From the NCBI GenBank assembly GCA_963822445.1, contig CAWGHO010000001.1:384001-448000 (forward strand): a DNA stretch of 64,000 nt. The letters are read 5' to 3'. Of this stretch, positions 1-10,933 are shown one piece after another. Position 1 is the first letter of the stretch; each line of letters begins with the position of its first letter. Below the pieces are notes generated by a model, which saw only the letters and a program-made list of their open reading frames with translations, did no database searches and was not told where the DNA came from. Origin of the DNA: an uncultured Acidobacteriota bacterium. Lineage in GTDB: Bacteria; Acidobacteriota; Thermoanaerobaculia; Gp7-AA8. The translations under genes were made by a program, and so were the position numbers.

Positions 1-3000
1 ACCGCCGGCGCCACCACCTTCTTCGGCGGGTTCTTCGCCAGCTCGTCCATCAGCAACTTCACCGCTGCTTCGAGCGACGGATCTTTGCCGGCGGCGACGA
101 GGTCGGGGCGGTCCACCACTTCGATGTCCGGCGCAACGCCCACCCCTTCGACGGCCCACATCCCGTCCGTGTCCATGAAGCGGAACTGCGGCGCGGAGAC
201 CGATCCGCCGTCCATCAGATTCGGATTGCCGGAGATGCCGATCAGGCCGCCCCAGGTGCGGGTGCCGATGATCGTGCCCAGCTGGCGCTTGCGGAAGTAG
301 TACGGCAGCGCGTCGCCGCCCGAGGCCGAGTAGCCGTTGATCAGCATGACCTTCGGACCGATGTGCGCGTAGGCCGGCGTGGCCGAGGGCGGCTGGCCGC
401 GGCGCGCCCAGTAATTCAGCACCGGACGATCGAGCATCTCGATCATGCGGTCGGGGATGAAGCCTCCGCCGTTGTAGCGGTCGTCGATGATCAGCGCGTC
501 CTTGTCCACCTGCGGATAGAAGCCCTTCACCAATTCGCGATTGCCTTCCGCGCCGGTGTTTGGCAGATGGATGTAGCCGATGCGGCCGCCGGACATCTTT
601 TCCACGTACGCGCGCCGCGACGCAACCCAGTCGAGATAGCGAAGGTTCGTCTCCTTCTTCACCGGCCGCACTTTTTCTTCACGCGCGCCGGACGTCTCCG
701 GCTTCGAGTTCACCAGCAGCGTGACCACGCGATCGGCCTTGTTCTCGAGCAGGCGATAGAAGTTGTCGACGCCCTTCGTCGACGTGCCGTCGACGGCCAG
801 GATGTAATCGCCCTGGCGGACCTTCACCCCCGGCTCGGTGAGCGGCGAGCGGAACCCCTCATGCCAGTTCTCGCCGGGATAGATGTGCTGAATGCGGAAG
901 TAGCCCGCATCGGCGACGATGTTCGCGCCGAGGAGTCCGTTGTCGACGCGGTCCTGGTTGAGGTCCGAGGGCGAGCCGACGTAGACGTGGCCGGCGTTCA
1001 TCTCGCCGGCGACTTCGCCGAGGATGTAGTCGAGGTCGGCGCGGTGCGCGATGAAGGGAACGAGCTGCCCGTACTTCGCGCGGATGGCGTTCCAGTCCAG
1101 GCCATGCATGCCCGGGTCGTAGAACCAGTCCCGCAGGATCCGCCAGGCGTCGTTGAACTCCTGCGCCCACTCCGCCTTCGGATCGACCTTCATCTCCATG
1201 TTGTCGAGCTTCAGCATCGCGTCCGCGGCTTTCTGACCGGGCTTCGCCACGACGATCGCGTAGTTGTTGCGACCCATCGACGCCAGGATCTTCTCGCCGT
1301 TCGAGGACAGCTCGTAGCCGCGCAGGCCATCGAGCACCGTCTCTTCCTTCCGGTCCTCGATGTTGTAGAGCTTGAGCGAGCGCTCGTCGTCGCCTTTGAG
1401 ATAGAGCACGCCGTTGTTCACGGCGGAGAGCGTCGAATACGTCGCCCGCGCCGCCGGGAATCGCGCGAACGCGATTCTCGAAGCCCGCCGGATCGATCTT
1501 CACCACGACCGCCGTCGATTTCTTCTCGGGCGCTGCGGGTGCGGCGGCCGGTTTCTCTTCCGCGGCCGGAGCAGGCGGCGCGGCGGCCTTCTCTTCATCG
1601 CTCTGCGGCAGGAACAGCGCCGGTCCGTCCGCGGCCAGCACGCCGACGTAAACGCGCGTCGGATCGGTGTAGACGTAGTTGAACTCCCACGCGCTGAAGG
1701 TCAGGTTGAAGTCGCGATTGGACGTGAAGTAGAGGTAGCGGCCTTTCGGATCGAACACCGGCTCGCTGTCGTTGGTCGTGCCGCTGGTGAGCCGATGCGA
1801 CTTCCCGTCGGCGAGCGAGTGAACGTAAACCGCGGAGAAGCGCGCTTCGTTGAGCTTCGTGTACGTGAGCCACTTCGAGTCCGGCGACCAGCGGTAGTGA
1901 TTGATGTCGCCGTACTTGTCCTTGTCGACGTCGGTGATCCGGCCGCTGGCCACGTCGAGCACGCGCAGGGTCATGTCCTTGTCGGAGAAGGCCAGCATCT
2001 TCGAGTCGGGCGACCAGAGCGGCGAGAACTTCCAGGCCTTCCCGTCGCGCGTGATCTGCCGCTCCTCGCCCGTGCCGTCCGCATTGCGGACGTAGATCTC
2101 GTACTCGCCATTGCGATCGCTGAGATACGCGATCGACCGGCCGTCCGGCGACCAGACCGCGTCGCGCTCGCGGATTCCGGGCGTCTGGGTGAGATTGCGG
2201 ACCTCCCCTTCCTTCGCCGGCGCGCTGAAGATGTCGCCGCGCGCGACGAGGAGCGCACGCGCGCCGGTTGGCGACGGCGTGTACCACTCGATGTTCTCTT
2301 TCACGCTGCGGAAGTACGGGAGGGTGTTGCGGAAGTCGCCGTAGACGCGGATGGGGATGCGCTCGCTGCGATTGGTCGCGGAGTCGAGGCGGTAGATGTA
2401 CCCGCCGTTCTCGTACACGACCTGGGTTTTGTCGGCGCTCGGCCACAGCACGTCGTAATCGTTGTGAGTGGTGACTTTTTTCTGCTGCTTGGAGGCGAGG
2501 TCGTACGACCAGAGATTGAGACGACCGTCTTCACGATCCGAGGTGAAGTAGATCGTGTTGCCGACCCACACCGGCTGGTTATCGGTGTACTGGTTGTTCG
2601 TGAGCTGCTCGGCCTTGTTGGACGCGAGGTCGTAGATCCAGACGTCCTGCGCGCGTCCGCCGCGATAGCGCTTCCAGGTGCGGAACTCGCGCTCGATGGG
2701 CGTGTAAACGAGCTTCGTCCCGTCACCCGAATACGACCCCGCACTCCCCTCGGGAATGGCCAGCGGCTTCTCCATTCCCCCTTCGACGTTGATCACGTAA
2801 TGCGCGGGCATGCGGTCGGACCAGGGAAGGCGATGCGGGTTGAAAAGGATCTGCTTTCCATCCGGCGTCCAGTCGAGCACGCGGTTGTCGATGCCGCCGC
2901 GCGGCGGAAGCGCGCCGACGTCGTTGTAGAACGTCAGCTGCCGCGGCGTGCCGCCTTCCGCGCTGACCACGAAGACCTGCCGGCTGCCGGTGTAGTCGCC

Positions 3001-3252
3001 GGTGAAAGCGATCCAGCGACCGTCGGGCGAGAACTTCGGGAAGTACTCCATCCCTTCGCCGGAGGTGAGCCGTCTCGCGTCACCGCCGCGGCTCGACGCG
3101 AGCCAGATGTCGCCCGCGTAAACGAAGGCCACCGTGTCGCCGTGAATGTCGGGCTGGCGCAGGAGCCTGGTGAGCCGTTCCTGCGCGAATGCGGTCGTGC
3201 CCATGCCGAGGACAACGGCGAGCGCGAAGGTGATCGTGATCAGCTTTTTCAT
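1..3252 (-). CDS. Tricorn-type S41 protease (beta-propellers, PDZ, S41 catalytic domain); runs off window start; one +1 frameshift near 1440
   Basis: Signal peptide MKKLITITFALAVVLG, PD40 repeats (PKFSPDGRW, WSPDGRSIAY). After removing one base at about 1440 the frame continues into tricorn C-terminal motifs (DWFYDPGMHGLDW, IDDRYNGGG, GYSASGGDALPYYF). Confidence 0.9.
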
Positions 3253-3305
3253 GGCGCGACTGTCTAACACGGCAGCCGCGCGGGGCGAAGTGGTTTACAA
3301 CTCTG

Positions 3306-4721
3306 TCACAGCCACTTCACGGTGAAGTCGATCAGCTTCTCTTTCAGCTTTCCGCGGTACGGCGGGAACAGCAGCTCGATCGCGCTGAACTTCAGCCGCT
3401 GGTCGAGCACGCCACGCGCGTTCGAAAACTCCTGGAAACCGGCGAAGCCGTGCGAGCGGCCGAAGCCGCTCTGCCCCACTCCGCCGAACGGCAGGTCGAG
3501 CGCGTAGAAGTGAATCATCGTGTGATTGAGCGCCGTGCCGCCCGCGCTGGTGTTGGCGAGAATCCGCCTCAGCACTTTGCGATCGCGGCTGAAGACGTAG
3601 AGCACGAGCGGTTTTTCGCGCGCGCCGATCATCACGAAGGCATCGTCGAGCGTGCGATAGGTCATGACCGGCAGCAGCGGTCCGAAGATCTCTTCCTGCA
3701 TCAGCGCCGTGTCCGGCGGCACGTCGGTGAGCACGGTCGGTTCGACGGCGCGCTCATGGAACGTTCCGCCGATCAGAACCCTGGCTCCGCGCGCAACGGC
3801 AGCATCGAACAGCTTCTTGATCCGGCCCGCGTGGCGATCGTTTACGAGAATCCCGCGCGATTCGCTGCCGAGGGCTTCGATCGATGCACGCAGTTTTTCG
3901 TTGAACTCCGCGGCCACGCTTTCATCGACGAGCACGTAATCGGGCGCGACGCAGATCTGGCCGCAGTTGAAGAACTTGCCCCAGGCGATCTTCTTCGCCG
4001 CCTCGCCGAGATCCGCGGTCCGGTCGACGATCACCGGAGATTTCCCGCCCAGTTCGAGCGTCACCGGCGTCAGATGCTCCGCCGCGGCCTTCATCACGAT
4101 GCGTCCAACCGCGGGACTGCCGGTGAAGAAGATGTGATCGAACCTCTTCTGCAGCAAAGCTGCGGCGACGGAAGCGTCCCCTTCGATGACCGCGACCTCG
4201 TCTTCCTCGAAGAGATCGCCGAGGATCCGGCGCATGCAGGTCGTCGACTCCGGCGTCATTTCCGAAGGCTTGAGGATGGCCGTGTTCCCGGCGGCGATGG
4301 CCGAGATCAGCGGGCCGAGGGTGAGATTGAAGGGGAAGTTCCACGGCGAGATGATCAGCACCGTGCCCTTCGGCTCGTAGGCGATGCGCGATTGCGACCC
4401 GAAAAGAGCGAGCCGCGTCGCCACGCGCTTCGGCTTGATCCACGACTTCAGGTGACGCCGGGCGTGACGGGCCTCGCTGACGACCGGATAGATCTCCGAG
4501 AGGTCGACTTCCGCCGCGGGCTTCCTGTAATCGGCCCACATCGCCGCGCGAATTTCGTCGCGCCGCGCGTGCATGGCCTCTTCGAGCCGCCTGATCTTCG
4601 CGATGCGCTGTGCCGCCGTCGTGGAGGCGACGGCGGCACGATTGTTTCGTTGCGCTTCGTAGACGCGCTCGATGTCGGCGAGCGCGGAGGAACTTTCGAA
4701 AAGACGGGCGGCTACGGTCAC
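3306..4721 (-). CDS. Aldehyde dehydrogenase (ALDH3/CalB-like)
   Basis: ISPWNFP, FTGS, LELGGKSP, catalytic Cys in CGQICVAPDY, EEIFGP motifs. Confidence 0.92.
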   Translation of the reverse strand: MTVAARLFESSSALADIERVYEAQRNNRAAVASTTAAQRIAKIRRLEEAMHARRDEIRAAMWADYRKPAAEVDLSEIYPVVSEARHARRHLKSWIKPKRVATRLALFGSQSRIAYEPKGTVLIISPWNFPFNLTLGPLISAIAAGNTAILKPSEMTPESTTCMRRILGDLFEEDEVAVIEGDASVAAALLQKRFDHIFFTGSPAVGRIVMKAAAEHLTPVTLELGGKSPVIVDRTADLGEAAKKIAWGKFFNCGQICVAPDYVLVDESVAAEFNEKLRASIEALGSESRGILVNDRHAGRIKKLFDAAVARGARVLIGGTFHERAVEPTVLTDVPPDTALMQEEIFGPLLPVMTYRTLDDAFVMIGAREKPLVLYVFSRDRKVLRRILANTSAGGTALNHTMIHFYALDLPFGGVGQSGFGRSHGFAGFQEFSNARGVLDQRLKFSAIELLFPPYRGKLKEKLIDFTVKWL

Positions 4722-4736
4722 CGCGAGATTGTATCG

Positions 4737-5483
4737 CTAGGGAAAAATGATCTCGGCGACGTTCGAGAACTTCGCGAAGATGATCTTGCCGCTCACGTGA
4801 TCGCGCGCGATGAAGTCGATGCTGTAGCCGCCGCACGAGTCGGTGAAGTACAGCGGCGTGACCTCGCCGGTCTTCAGCGTGGCGTTGATCTTCTGCGGCG
4901 TTCCGGTGCCGCCGCAGCACGCGCCGGCGGTTTCATTCGTGGCCGGACCGGTGATGCGCGAGAACTGGATGCGGTTGAGCACCACCGTCGTGCCGTCGGG
5001 CTTGCAGAAGTCGTCGTGGTCGCTCTTGATGTAGCTGCTGAACGGAGGAACGTAGCCGAACTCCACGCTCTCGTTGTCGACGTCGTGCTCGGTTCCGTCG
5101 ATGAGGCGAAGTTTCACGGTCGGCGTCGGCTGCACGCGCAGGGTGAGAGCGTGCGGACCGGGACCGCTGATCGGCTGGCTGAGAACGGTGTAACCGCTGC
5201 GCTCGACCATGAGGTCGGCCTGGCCGTAAATCGTCGTGCTGAGCTGGAACGAGCCGGTGGTATCGGTGCGGTCGAAGCGGTTGCCGACTTTGACGGAGGC
5301 GAACACGACCGGTGCGTTGGTGACGGCATCGAGCACTTTGCCGGTGATGGTGACGTTCGTTCCGGGGGCGGCGGGTGAAGGATGCTGAACCGCGCGGCGC
5401 TTCTGCGCGAAGGCGGGCACGGTCAACAGGAGCGCCGCAATCGCGACGGCAGACTTCCAGCTACGGTTTTTGGTTGGGTTCAT
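4737..5483 (-). CDS. Secreted protein with carboxypeptidase regulatory-like domain
   Basis: Signal peptide ending AFA, then KRRAVQHP, then ITGKVLDAVTNAPVVFASVKV...TDTTGSFQL. Confidence 0.7.
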   Translation of the reverse strand: MNPTKNRSWKSAVAIAALLLTVPAFAQKRRAVQHPSPAAPGTNVTITGKVLDAVTNAPVVFASVKVGNRFDRTDTTGSFQLSTTIYGQADLMVERSGYTVLSQPISGPGPHALTLRVQPTPTVKLRLIDGTEHDVDNESVEFGYVPPFSSYIKSDHDDFCKPDGTTVVLNRIQFSRITGPATNETAGACCGGTGTPQKINATLKTGEVTPLYFTDSCGGYSIDFIARDHVSGKIIFAKFSNVAEIIFP

Positions 5484-5683
5484 GAGTCTCCTCGGTGTGA
5501 TCTAAAGCTGCGACGATTGGAAGCGCCGCGGAGTTTCGCCGGATGGTAACACTGCACATTGGTTATACGCATGAACGCACGGGTCTGTTGGCTATACTCC
5601 CGGCCGAACGATTGCACCGCACCACCAGCGAAGTGCAACCGACCTGCAACATCCCGCCATCAATTCACTTTTCGGAGGTTGTC

Positions 5684-7579
5684 ATGCGCACACTCCCGCT
5701 GACCTTCGTCGTTCTGGCCGTGCTCGCGCTCGCCGCGTGTACGACCGCGACCACGCCCGTACCCGAGCCCGTTCCCGCGGCTGTCGTGGAACCCGCGCCT
5801 GCTGCCGAGGCCACCGCGACTCCGCCACCACCTCCCGGCCCGACGGTCGAAGAGGCAACCCGCTTCGCGAATGAAGCCGAAGCGCGGCTCGCCGCGATGA
5901 ACGTCGACGCGCAACGCGCGGCGTGGGTGCAGCAGACCTACATCACCGACGACACGCAGATCATCTCGGCGAAAGAGAACGAGAAGCTGATCAACGCCGG
6001 TGTCGAGCTCGCGAAAGGCGCGGCCCGCTTCGACAACCTCGAGCTGCCGTACGACACGCGCCGCAAGCTGGAGACGATCAAGCTCGCCCTCACCTCGCCC
6101 GGTCCGTCGGATCCCGTGCTCACCGCGGAGCTCGCGCGCATCGGCGCGCAGCTCGATGCGATGTACGGCTCCGGCAAGTACTGCCCGGAGGGGAAGACAG
6201 GCGACGACTGCCTCGACATCAACGAGATCTCGAACATCCTCCGCACCAGCCGTAAGCCGGATGAGCTGCTCGACGCCTGGCGCGGCTGGCACTCCATCTC
6301 CCCGCCGATGCGCGAGAAGTACACGCGCTTCGTCGAGCTCATGAACCAGGGAGCGAAAGAGCTCGGCTACGCGGACGTCGGCGCGATGTGGCGCGCGAAG
6401 TACGACATGACGCCCGAGCAGTTCGGCGCGGAAGTCGATCGCCTCTGGAACCAGCTCAAGCCGCTCTACGACTCGGTGCACTGTTACGTGCGCTGGAACC
6501 TCACCAACAAGTACGGCGAGAAGGTCGTGCCGCCGGGCCAGCCGATTCCCGCGCATCTTCTCGGCAACATCTGGGCGCAGGAATGGGGCAGCATCTACGA
6601 CCTCGTCGCGCCGAAGAACGCCACGCCGTCGGGCTACGACCTGACCAAGATCCTCCAGTCGCGCAAGGACATCGACGAGCTGGAGATGGTCCGCATCGGC
6701 GAGCGCTTCTTCACCTCCCTCGGATTCGATCCGCTTCCGAAGAGCTTCTGGGAAAAATCGATGTTCACCAAGCCGCGCGACCGGGACGTGGTCTGCCACG
6801 CCAGCGCCTGGGACGTCGACGACATCGAAGATCTCCGTATCAAGATGTGCATCGAGAAGAATGCCGAGGACTTCAACACCATCCATCACGAGCTGGGGCA
6901 CAACTTCTATCAGCGCGCGTACAACGAGAAGCCGTACCTCTACAAGAACAGCGCGAACGACGGCTTCCATGAAGCGGTCGGCGACACGATCGCGTTGTCG
7001 GTGACGCCGGCGTATCTGGTGAAGATCGGGTTGATCAAGAAAGAGCCGCCGGCGTCGGCCGACATCGCTCTGCTGCTGCGCGACGCGCTCGACAAGCTGG
7101 CCTTCCTGCCGTTCGGCGTGCTCATGGACAAGTGGCGCTGGGGCGTCTTCTCCGGCGAGATCACGCCCGCGAACTACAACAAGGCCTGGTGGGAGCTGCG
7201 CGAGCAGTACCAGGGCATCGCTCCGGTGGGAACTCGCGGCGAAGATCTCTTCGATCCGGGCGCGAAGTACCACATCGCGGGCAACGTGCCGTACGCACGC
7301 TACTTCCTGGCGCGCGTGCTTCAGTTCCAGTTCCATCGCGCGCTCTGCCAGCAGGCGGGCTATCAGGGACCGCTCAACCGCTGCTCGATCTACGGCAACA
7401 AGGAAGCGGGCGCGAAGCTGGAGAAGATGCTGGAGATGGGCATGAGCCGTCCCTGGCCGGATGCGCTCGAAGCGGTGACCGGTCAGCGGCAGATGGACGC
7501 CACCGCGATCGTCGACTACTTCCAGCCGCTGCTGGTCTGGCTGGAGGGGCAGAACAAAGGCAAGACATGCGGCTGGTGA
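5684..7579 (+). CDS. M2 family metallopeptidase (peptidyl-dipeptidase A, ACE-like) lipoprotein
   Basis: GGAGG SD, lipobox LAAC, HHELGH zinc motif, GFHEAVGD, FDPGAKYH, PYARYF. Confidence 0.93.
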   Translation: MRTLPLTFVVLAVLALAACTTATTPVPEPVPAAVVEPAPAAEATATPPPPPGPTVEEATRFANEAEARLAAMNVDAQRAAWVQQTYITDDTQIISAKENEKLINAGVELAKGAARFDNLELPYDTRRKLETIKLALTSPGPSDPVLTAELARIGAQLDAMYGSGKYCPEGKTGDDCLDINEISNILRTSRKPDELLDAWRGWHSISPPMREKYTRFVELMNQGAKELGYADVGAMWRAKYDMTPEQFGAEVDRLWNQLKPLYDSVHCYVRWNLTNKYGEKVVPPGQPIPAHLLGNIWAQEWGSIYDLVAPKNATPSGYDLTKILQSRKDIDELEMVRIGERFFTSLGFDPLPKSFWEKSMFTKPRDRDVVCHASAWDVDDIEDLRIKMCIEKNAEDFNTIHHELGHNFYQRAYNEKPYLYKNSANDGFHEAVGDTIALSVTPAYLVKIGLIKKEPPASADIALLLRDALDKLAFLPFGVLMDKWRWGVFSGEITPANYNKAWWELREQYQGIAPVGTRGEDLFDPGAKYHIAGNVPYARYFLARVLQFQFHRALCQQAGYQGPLNRCSIYGNKEAGAKLEKMLEMGMSRPWPDALEAVTGQRQMDATAIVDYFQPLLVWLEGQNKGKTCGW

Positions 7580-7905
7580 GTGTCGTCTTTCACGACGATT
7601 ACTCAGAAAAACTTCAGAAACTCGCCTTCCGCACGCCGGTCTGGATCGTCGACACCACGGCGAACCGGGCCGCTGCGGAAGGCGCCTGGCACGAGGCGAC
7701 GGAGTGGCCGCACATCTCGGTCACTCTGTTCCGCTTCGACGACTGGCCGTCGCTGCTCGAGCAGATCGCGTTTCAGGTGCGCGGTGTCGACGCGATCGAT
7801 GCCATCGGGACGACGTTGACGCTGCCCGCGCGGGCTGCGCTGGACGAGGCGGGATTCGAACGCGTCGACGAGAACGCGAATGGGTTTCGGGCGCGGAAAA
7901 CATAA
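7576..7905 (+). CDS. Hypothetical protein
   Basis: GTGA overlap with the upstream stop; reads MSVVFHDDYSEKLQKLAFRTPVWIVD with host-like codon usage. Confidence 0.6.
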   Translation: MSVVFHDDYSEKLQKLAFRTPVWIVDTTANRAAAEGAWHEATEWPHISVTLFRFDDWPSLLEQIAFQVRGVDAIDAIGTTLTLPARAALDEAGFERVDENANGFRARKT

Positions 7906-7980
7906 TCCCGCCACATTTCGAACCCCGACTTTCCTTCATCCCTCCCTCCCCTTGACGCGATGCGGACCTCAAATGTCTGC

Positions 7981-8712
7981 ATGTCAGAAGCAAACAACTA
8001 CCGCCTCGAGCGCTGGATCGCGGCGATTCTCTTCCTCCTCTTCTTCCTCCCCTTCGTCGCCAACGCGGACGAGATCCTCTTCACCGACCTCTTTCACGGC
8101 GATCAGATCAAAGCGAAAAGCGGCGAGAGCTATCTCGCGCTGGTGTGCAACGAAGACAACGATCGCTGCGTTCTGCAGCCGGTGAAGATTCAGGTGACGC
8201 CTGAGTTTCACCCCGTCGTCGACGCGGACGACGAGCGCACGGGCAAGCGCGTTTCCGCTCCGGGCGTGGAGATGGTCTATCTCCTTCGTAGCGCGCATCT
8301 CTCAGCCGGCCCAGTCACCGGCGCGCGCCCTTCATTCACCGAGCTTCTCCCGGTCAGCAAACCGCAGCCGATCACCCTCGGCACGACGAAGTACGTTCTG
8401 CACTACCGCTGCACCAGCGCGCCCGACCCCGACGGCTACGTCGACTGCATGCTCGTCCTCGACGGCAACGGCCTGACTCAGGTCCTGGCGACGTTTCCGG
8501 CGCTGGACGAAGACGGCAAACTGAGCTCGCTCGACGTCGAGCAGTACGTCGTGTTCGCCGGCGATCTCGATCACGACGGAAAGCTCGACCTCCTTGCGAA
8601 CATCGCCAGCCGCTGGAACGAATGGCGCCCCGCGCTGTATCTCTCGAAGGCCGCGCGCGAGGGGGAGCTGGTCGGGAAGGTCGTGGAGTGGCTGGTGGAC
8701 GTCGGTTGCTAA
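7981..8712 (+). CDS. Exported hypothetical protein with a single FG-GAP-like calcium loop
   Basis: N-terminal hydrophobic signal; GDLDHDGKLDLL near the C-terminus. Confidence 0.6.
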   Translation: MSEANNYRLERWIAAILFLLFFLPFVANADEILFTDLFHGDQIKAKSGESYLALVCNEDNDRCVLQPVKIQVTPEFHPVVDADDERTGKRVSAPGVEMVYLLRSAHLSAGPVTGARPSFTELLPVSKPQPITLGTTKYVLHYRCTSAPDPDGYVDCMLVLDGNGLTQVLATFPALDEDGKLSSLDVEQYVVFAGDLDHDGKLDLLANIASRWNEWRPALYLSKAAREGELVGKVVEWLVDVGC

Positions 8713-10313
8713 GTTCTCAACAACTCCCTCACCCGTCGCGCGATCTCCTCTTCCCCATCAACGGCGATGTCCCGTTCGCGTTCCGCGGCGTCGAGCATCG
8801 AGCGCAGCGCGCGATAGGCATCGCCGCGATCGCTCGCTTCGTTCATCAACGCGGGATTCACCCGCGCGTCGATTGCCGCACGGATCTCCGTCGCGGTCTT
8901 GCCTCCGACGATCGCATTCGCTTCACGACGCACGGCCATCTCGCGCAGCAATCGCGGGAGTCCGACGCCAGCCAGTAGCAGCGCCAGCGCGCCACCGGCG
9001 ACCCACGGCACGACGTCCGCCGGCTCGCGCGTCGCTTTCGCCGATTGCGCCGGCGTCTGGCCCACCGGCAACGCAGCCGCGCGCGCCTCCAGGGTGGCCG
9101 CTTCGCATCGCACTTCTTTCCGCTGTTCGGTGGCCGGAGAGAACGTGCGAAGACTCATCGGCGGCACGTACAGCAATCCTTCGCGCGCCGGAAAAATGAG
9201 GAATCGCCAGTGACGGGCCATCGCGGCGCTGTTCTCTTCCCGCGAGACCGTCACTTCGCCGCCTTCGATCTGCACGTTTCCTTTCAGAGGCTCCGCAAAC
9301 CGCGGCGGCGGCACGCCGCGCAGATTCGCCTCTGCCGCAACGGTCACCTGCACGACCACCGGCCCGGCATTCTGCTGGCGCGGCGGCTCGCACTTCAGGA
9401 TCACCTCGCCGACCACATCGACAGGCGGCCCGGCCGGGAGAGGCTTCGCCGCGACGGTGATCGGCGCCGAGGTGAAGCTGGTCTCGACGAGCTCTCCATT
9501 GAATCCGGCGAAAACTCCCGTGCGATACCGGCGCATCACCGCCGCCTCGACGGCCAACCCATCTACCTTCAGCGATCCGCTGCGCAACGGATAGAGCACG
9601 ACCCGCCGGATCGGAACGCGTTGCATGAGAACGTCGCCCACGTAAACGCGCTCGGCGGGCTCGTTCCGCACCGGCACTTCCTCGGTCCAGAAATCCTCCA
9701 GCTTTGGCACGGACACGACCTGCCATTGCTGCACGTTCACGGCGTTGTACAGATACCAGGTGATGCGCACCGGCTCCCCGGCAAAAACCGCGGTCTTGTC
9801 GATCTCCGAAATGACGAACACCGGATCTCGACCGCTCGCGCTGAGGTCGCGCAGCAGCGAGTCGGCGTCATTCGAGCCGAACGCGCGATCGGCCACGACG
9901 TCGAGCACGATCTGCGGCAAGGTCTCCTTCCCGCCGTCGTCGGCGCGAATGAGCATCGGTCCGACCAGGGCCTTCCCCGGCGCAATCGGTCGCACGCGGA
10001 ATCGAAAGACTTTCCGCCGCGTGACCTGGCCGTTGATCCAGGCGAATTCGGACGACACCCACGGCTCGCCGACGATGGCCAGGTTCTCGAGCGGCGGGCT
10101 GGCCGCCTCGACTTCGGCGAACGAGCCTTCGAGCGACAGCGTGACCGTGGCCATGTCGTTCATGCGCAGCGTGCGGGCGTCGACCGTGAGTTGATTCGCG
10201 TACGCGTCCGCCGGCGAATGCAGAATGCAGAATGCAGAATGCAGAAAAAATGCGACGCGTAAGGCCCGCCATCGCCACTTCTGCATTCTGCATTCTGCAT
10301 TCTGCATTCTCAC
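8709..10313 (-). CDS. batD: BatD family protein
   Basis: Last gene of the moxR/DUF58/vWA/TPR operon; Ig-like repeats and C-terminal TM; GTGA coupling to the TPR gene. Confidence 0.75.
   Translation of the reverse strand: MRMQNAECRMQKWRWRALRVAFFLHSAFCILHSPADAYANQLTVDARTLRMNDMATVTLSLEGSFAEVEAASPPLENLAIVGEPWVSSEFAWINGQVTRRKVFRFRVRPIAPGKALVGPMLIRADDGGKETLPQIVLDVVADRAFGSNDADSLLRDLSASGRDPVFVISEIDKTAVFAGEPVRITWYLYNAVNVQQWQVVSVPKLEDFWTEEVPVRNEPAERVYVGDVLMQRVPIRRVVLYPLRSGSLKVDGLAVEAAVMRRYRTGVFAGFNGELVETSFTSAPITVAAKPLPAGPPVDVVGEVILKCEPPRQQNAGPVVVQVTVAAEANLRGVPPPRFAEPLKGNVQIEGGEVTVSREENSAAMARHWRFLIFPAREGLLYVPPMSLRTFSPATEQRKEVRCEAATLEARAAALPVGQTPAQSAKATREPADVVPWVAGGALALLLAGVGLPRLLREMAVRREANAIVGGKTATEIRAAIDARVNPALMNEASDRGDAYRALRSMLDAAERERDIAVDGEEEIARRVRELLRT
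10216..10309. repeat. Inverted heptamer tandem arrays (GAATGCA)4 ... (TGCATTC)4
   Basis: Perfect 31-bp arms at 10216-10246 and 10279-10309 around a 32-nt spacer. Confidence 0.95.
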
Positions 10314-10933
10314 CAGCCCACCTTGGCCTCGCCCGATCTCGCCTTCATCCGCCGCAGCTCTTCCTGTTCCTGCTGCTGCACGGAGCGAAGCAACGCCTCG
10401 AGATCGATGTCCCCCGGCTTGGGCTGCTGTTGTCCCTGATTTCCGGGCGCCTGTTGCTGCTGCTGCCGTTCGTTCTGCTTGTCCGGGCTCTGGCTGTCTT
10501 TCCCACTCGCACCACTTTGTTGCGCCCGCTGGCGTATCAACGCAATCTCGAGATTGCGCTTCGCCGCCCCGTCGTTCGGCCGCAGCTTCAGCGCCTCGGT
10601 GTAATCGCGCACGGCGTGATCGAACGCTTTCGCCGCTAGGGCGCTGTTGCCGCGATTGAAGAACGCATCCGCGCGCAGCACCGGATCCTTCAGCGCCTCG
10701 GATAGCGTCGTCGAGCCACGTTCGCGATCGCCGGCCGCGATCTGGGCGGTGCCGAGGTTGAAGGCACCGCGTGCCGAGGGTTTGAGCGTTTGTGCCTCTG
10801 AATATGCCGCCACCGCGTCCTCGTACTTCGATCCGGCGTAGGCCTTTTCACCGCGCGTTGCCGCGGCGTGGGAGTTCGTCTCGCGGAGAAACGGCGCGAC
10901 GGAGATGGCGAGAATCGCGAGCAGAGTTTTCAT
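10310..10933 (-). CDS. batC: TPR protein, BatC-like
   Basis: TPR repeats (AFFNRGNSAL...AKRNLEIAL), Q-rich linker, C-terminal Trp, operon position. Confidence 0.75.
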   Translation of the reverse strand: MKTLLAILAISVAPFLRETNSHAAATRGEKAYAGSKYEDAVAAYSEAQTLKPSARGAFNLGTAQIAAGDRERGSTTLSEALKDPVLRADAFFNRGNSALAAKAFDHAVRDYTEALKLRPNDGAAKRNLEIALIRQRAQQSGASGKDSQSPDKQNERQQQQQAPGNQGQQQPKPGDIDLEALLRSVQQQEQEELRRMKARSGEAKVGW

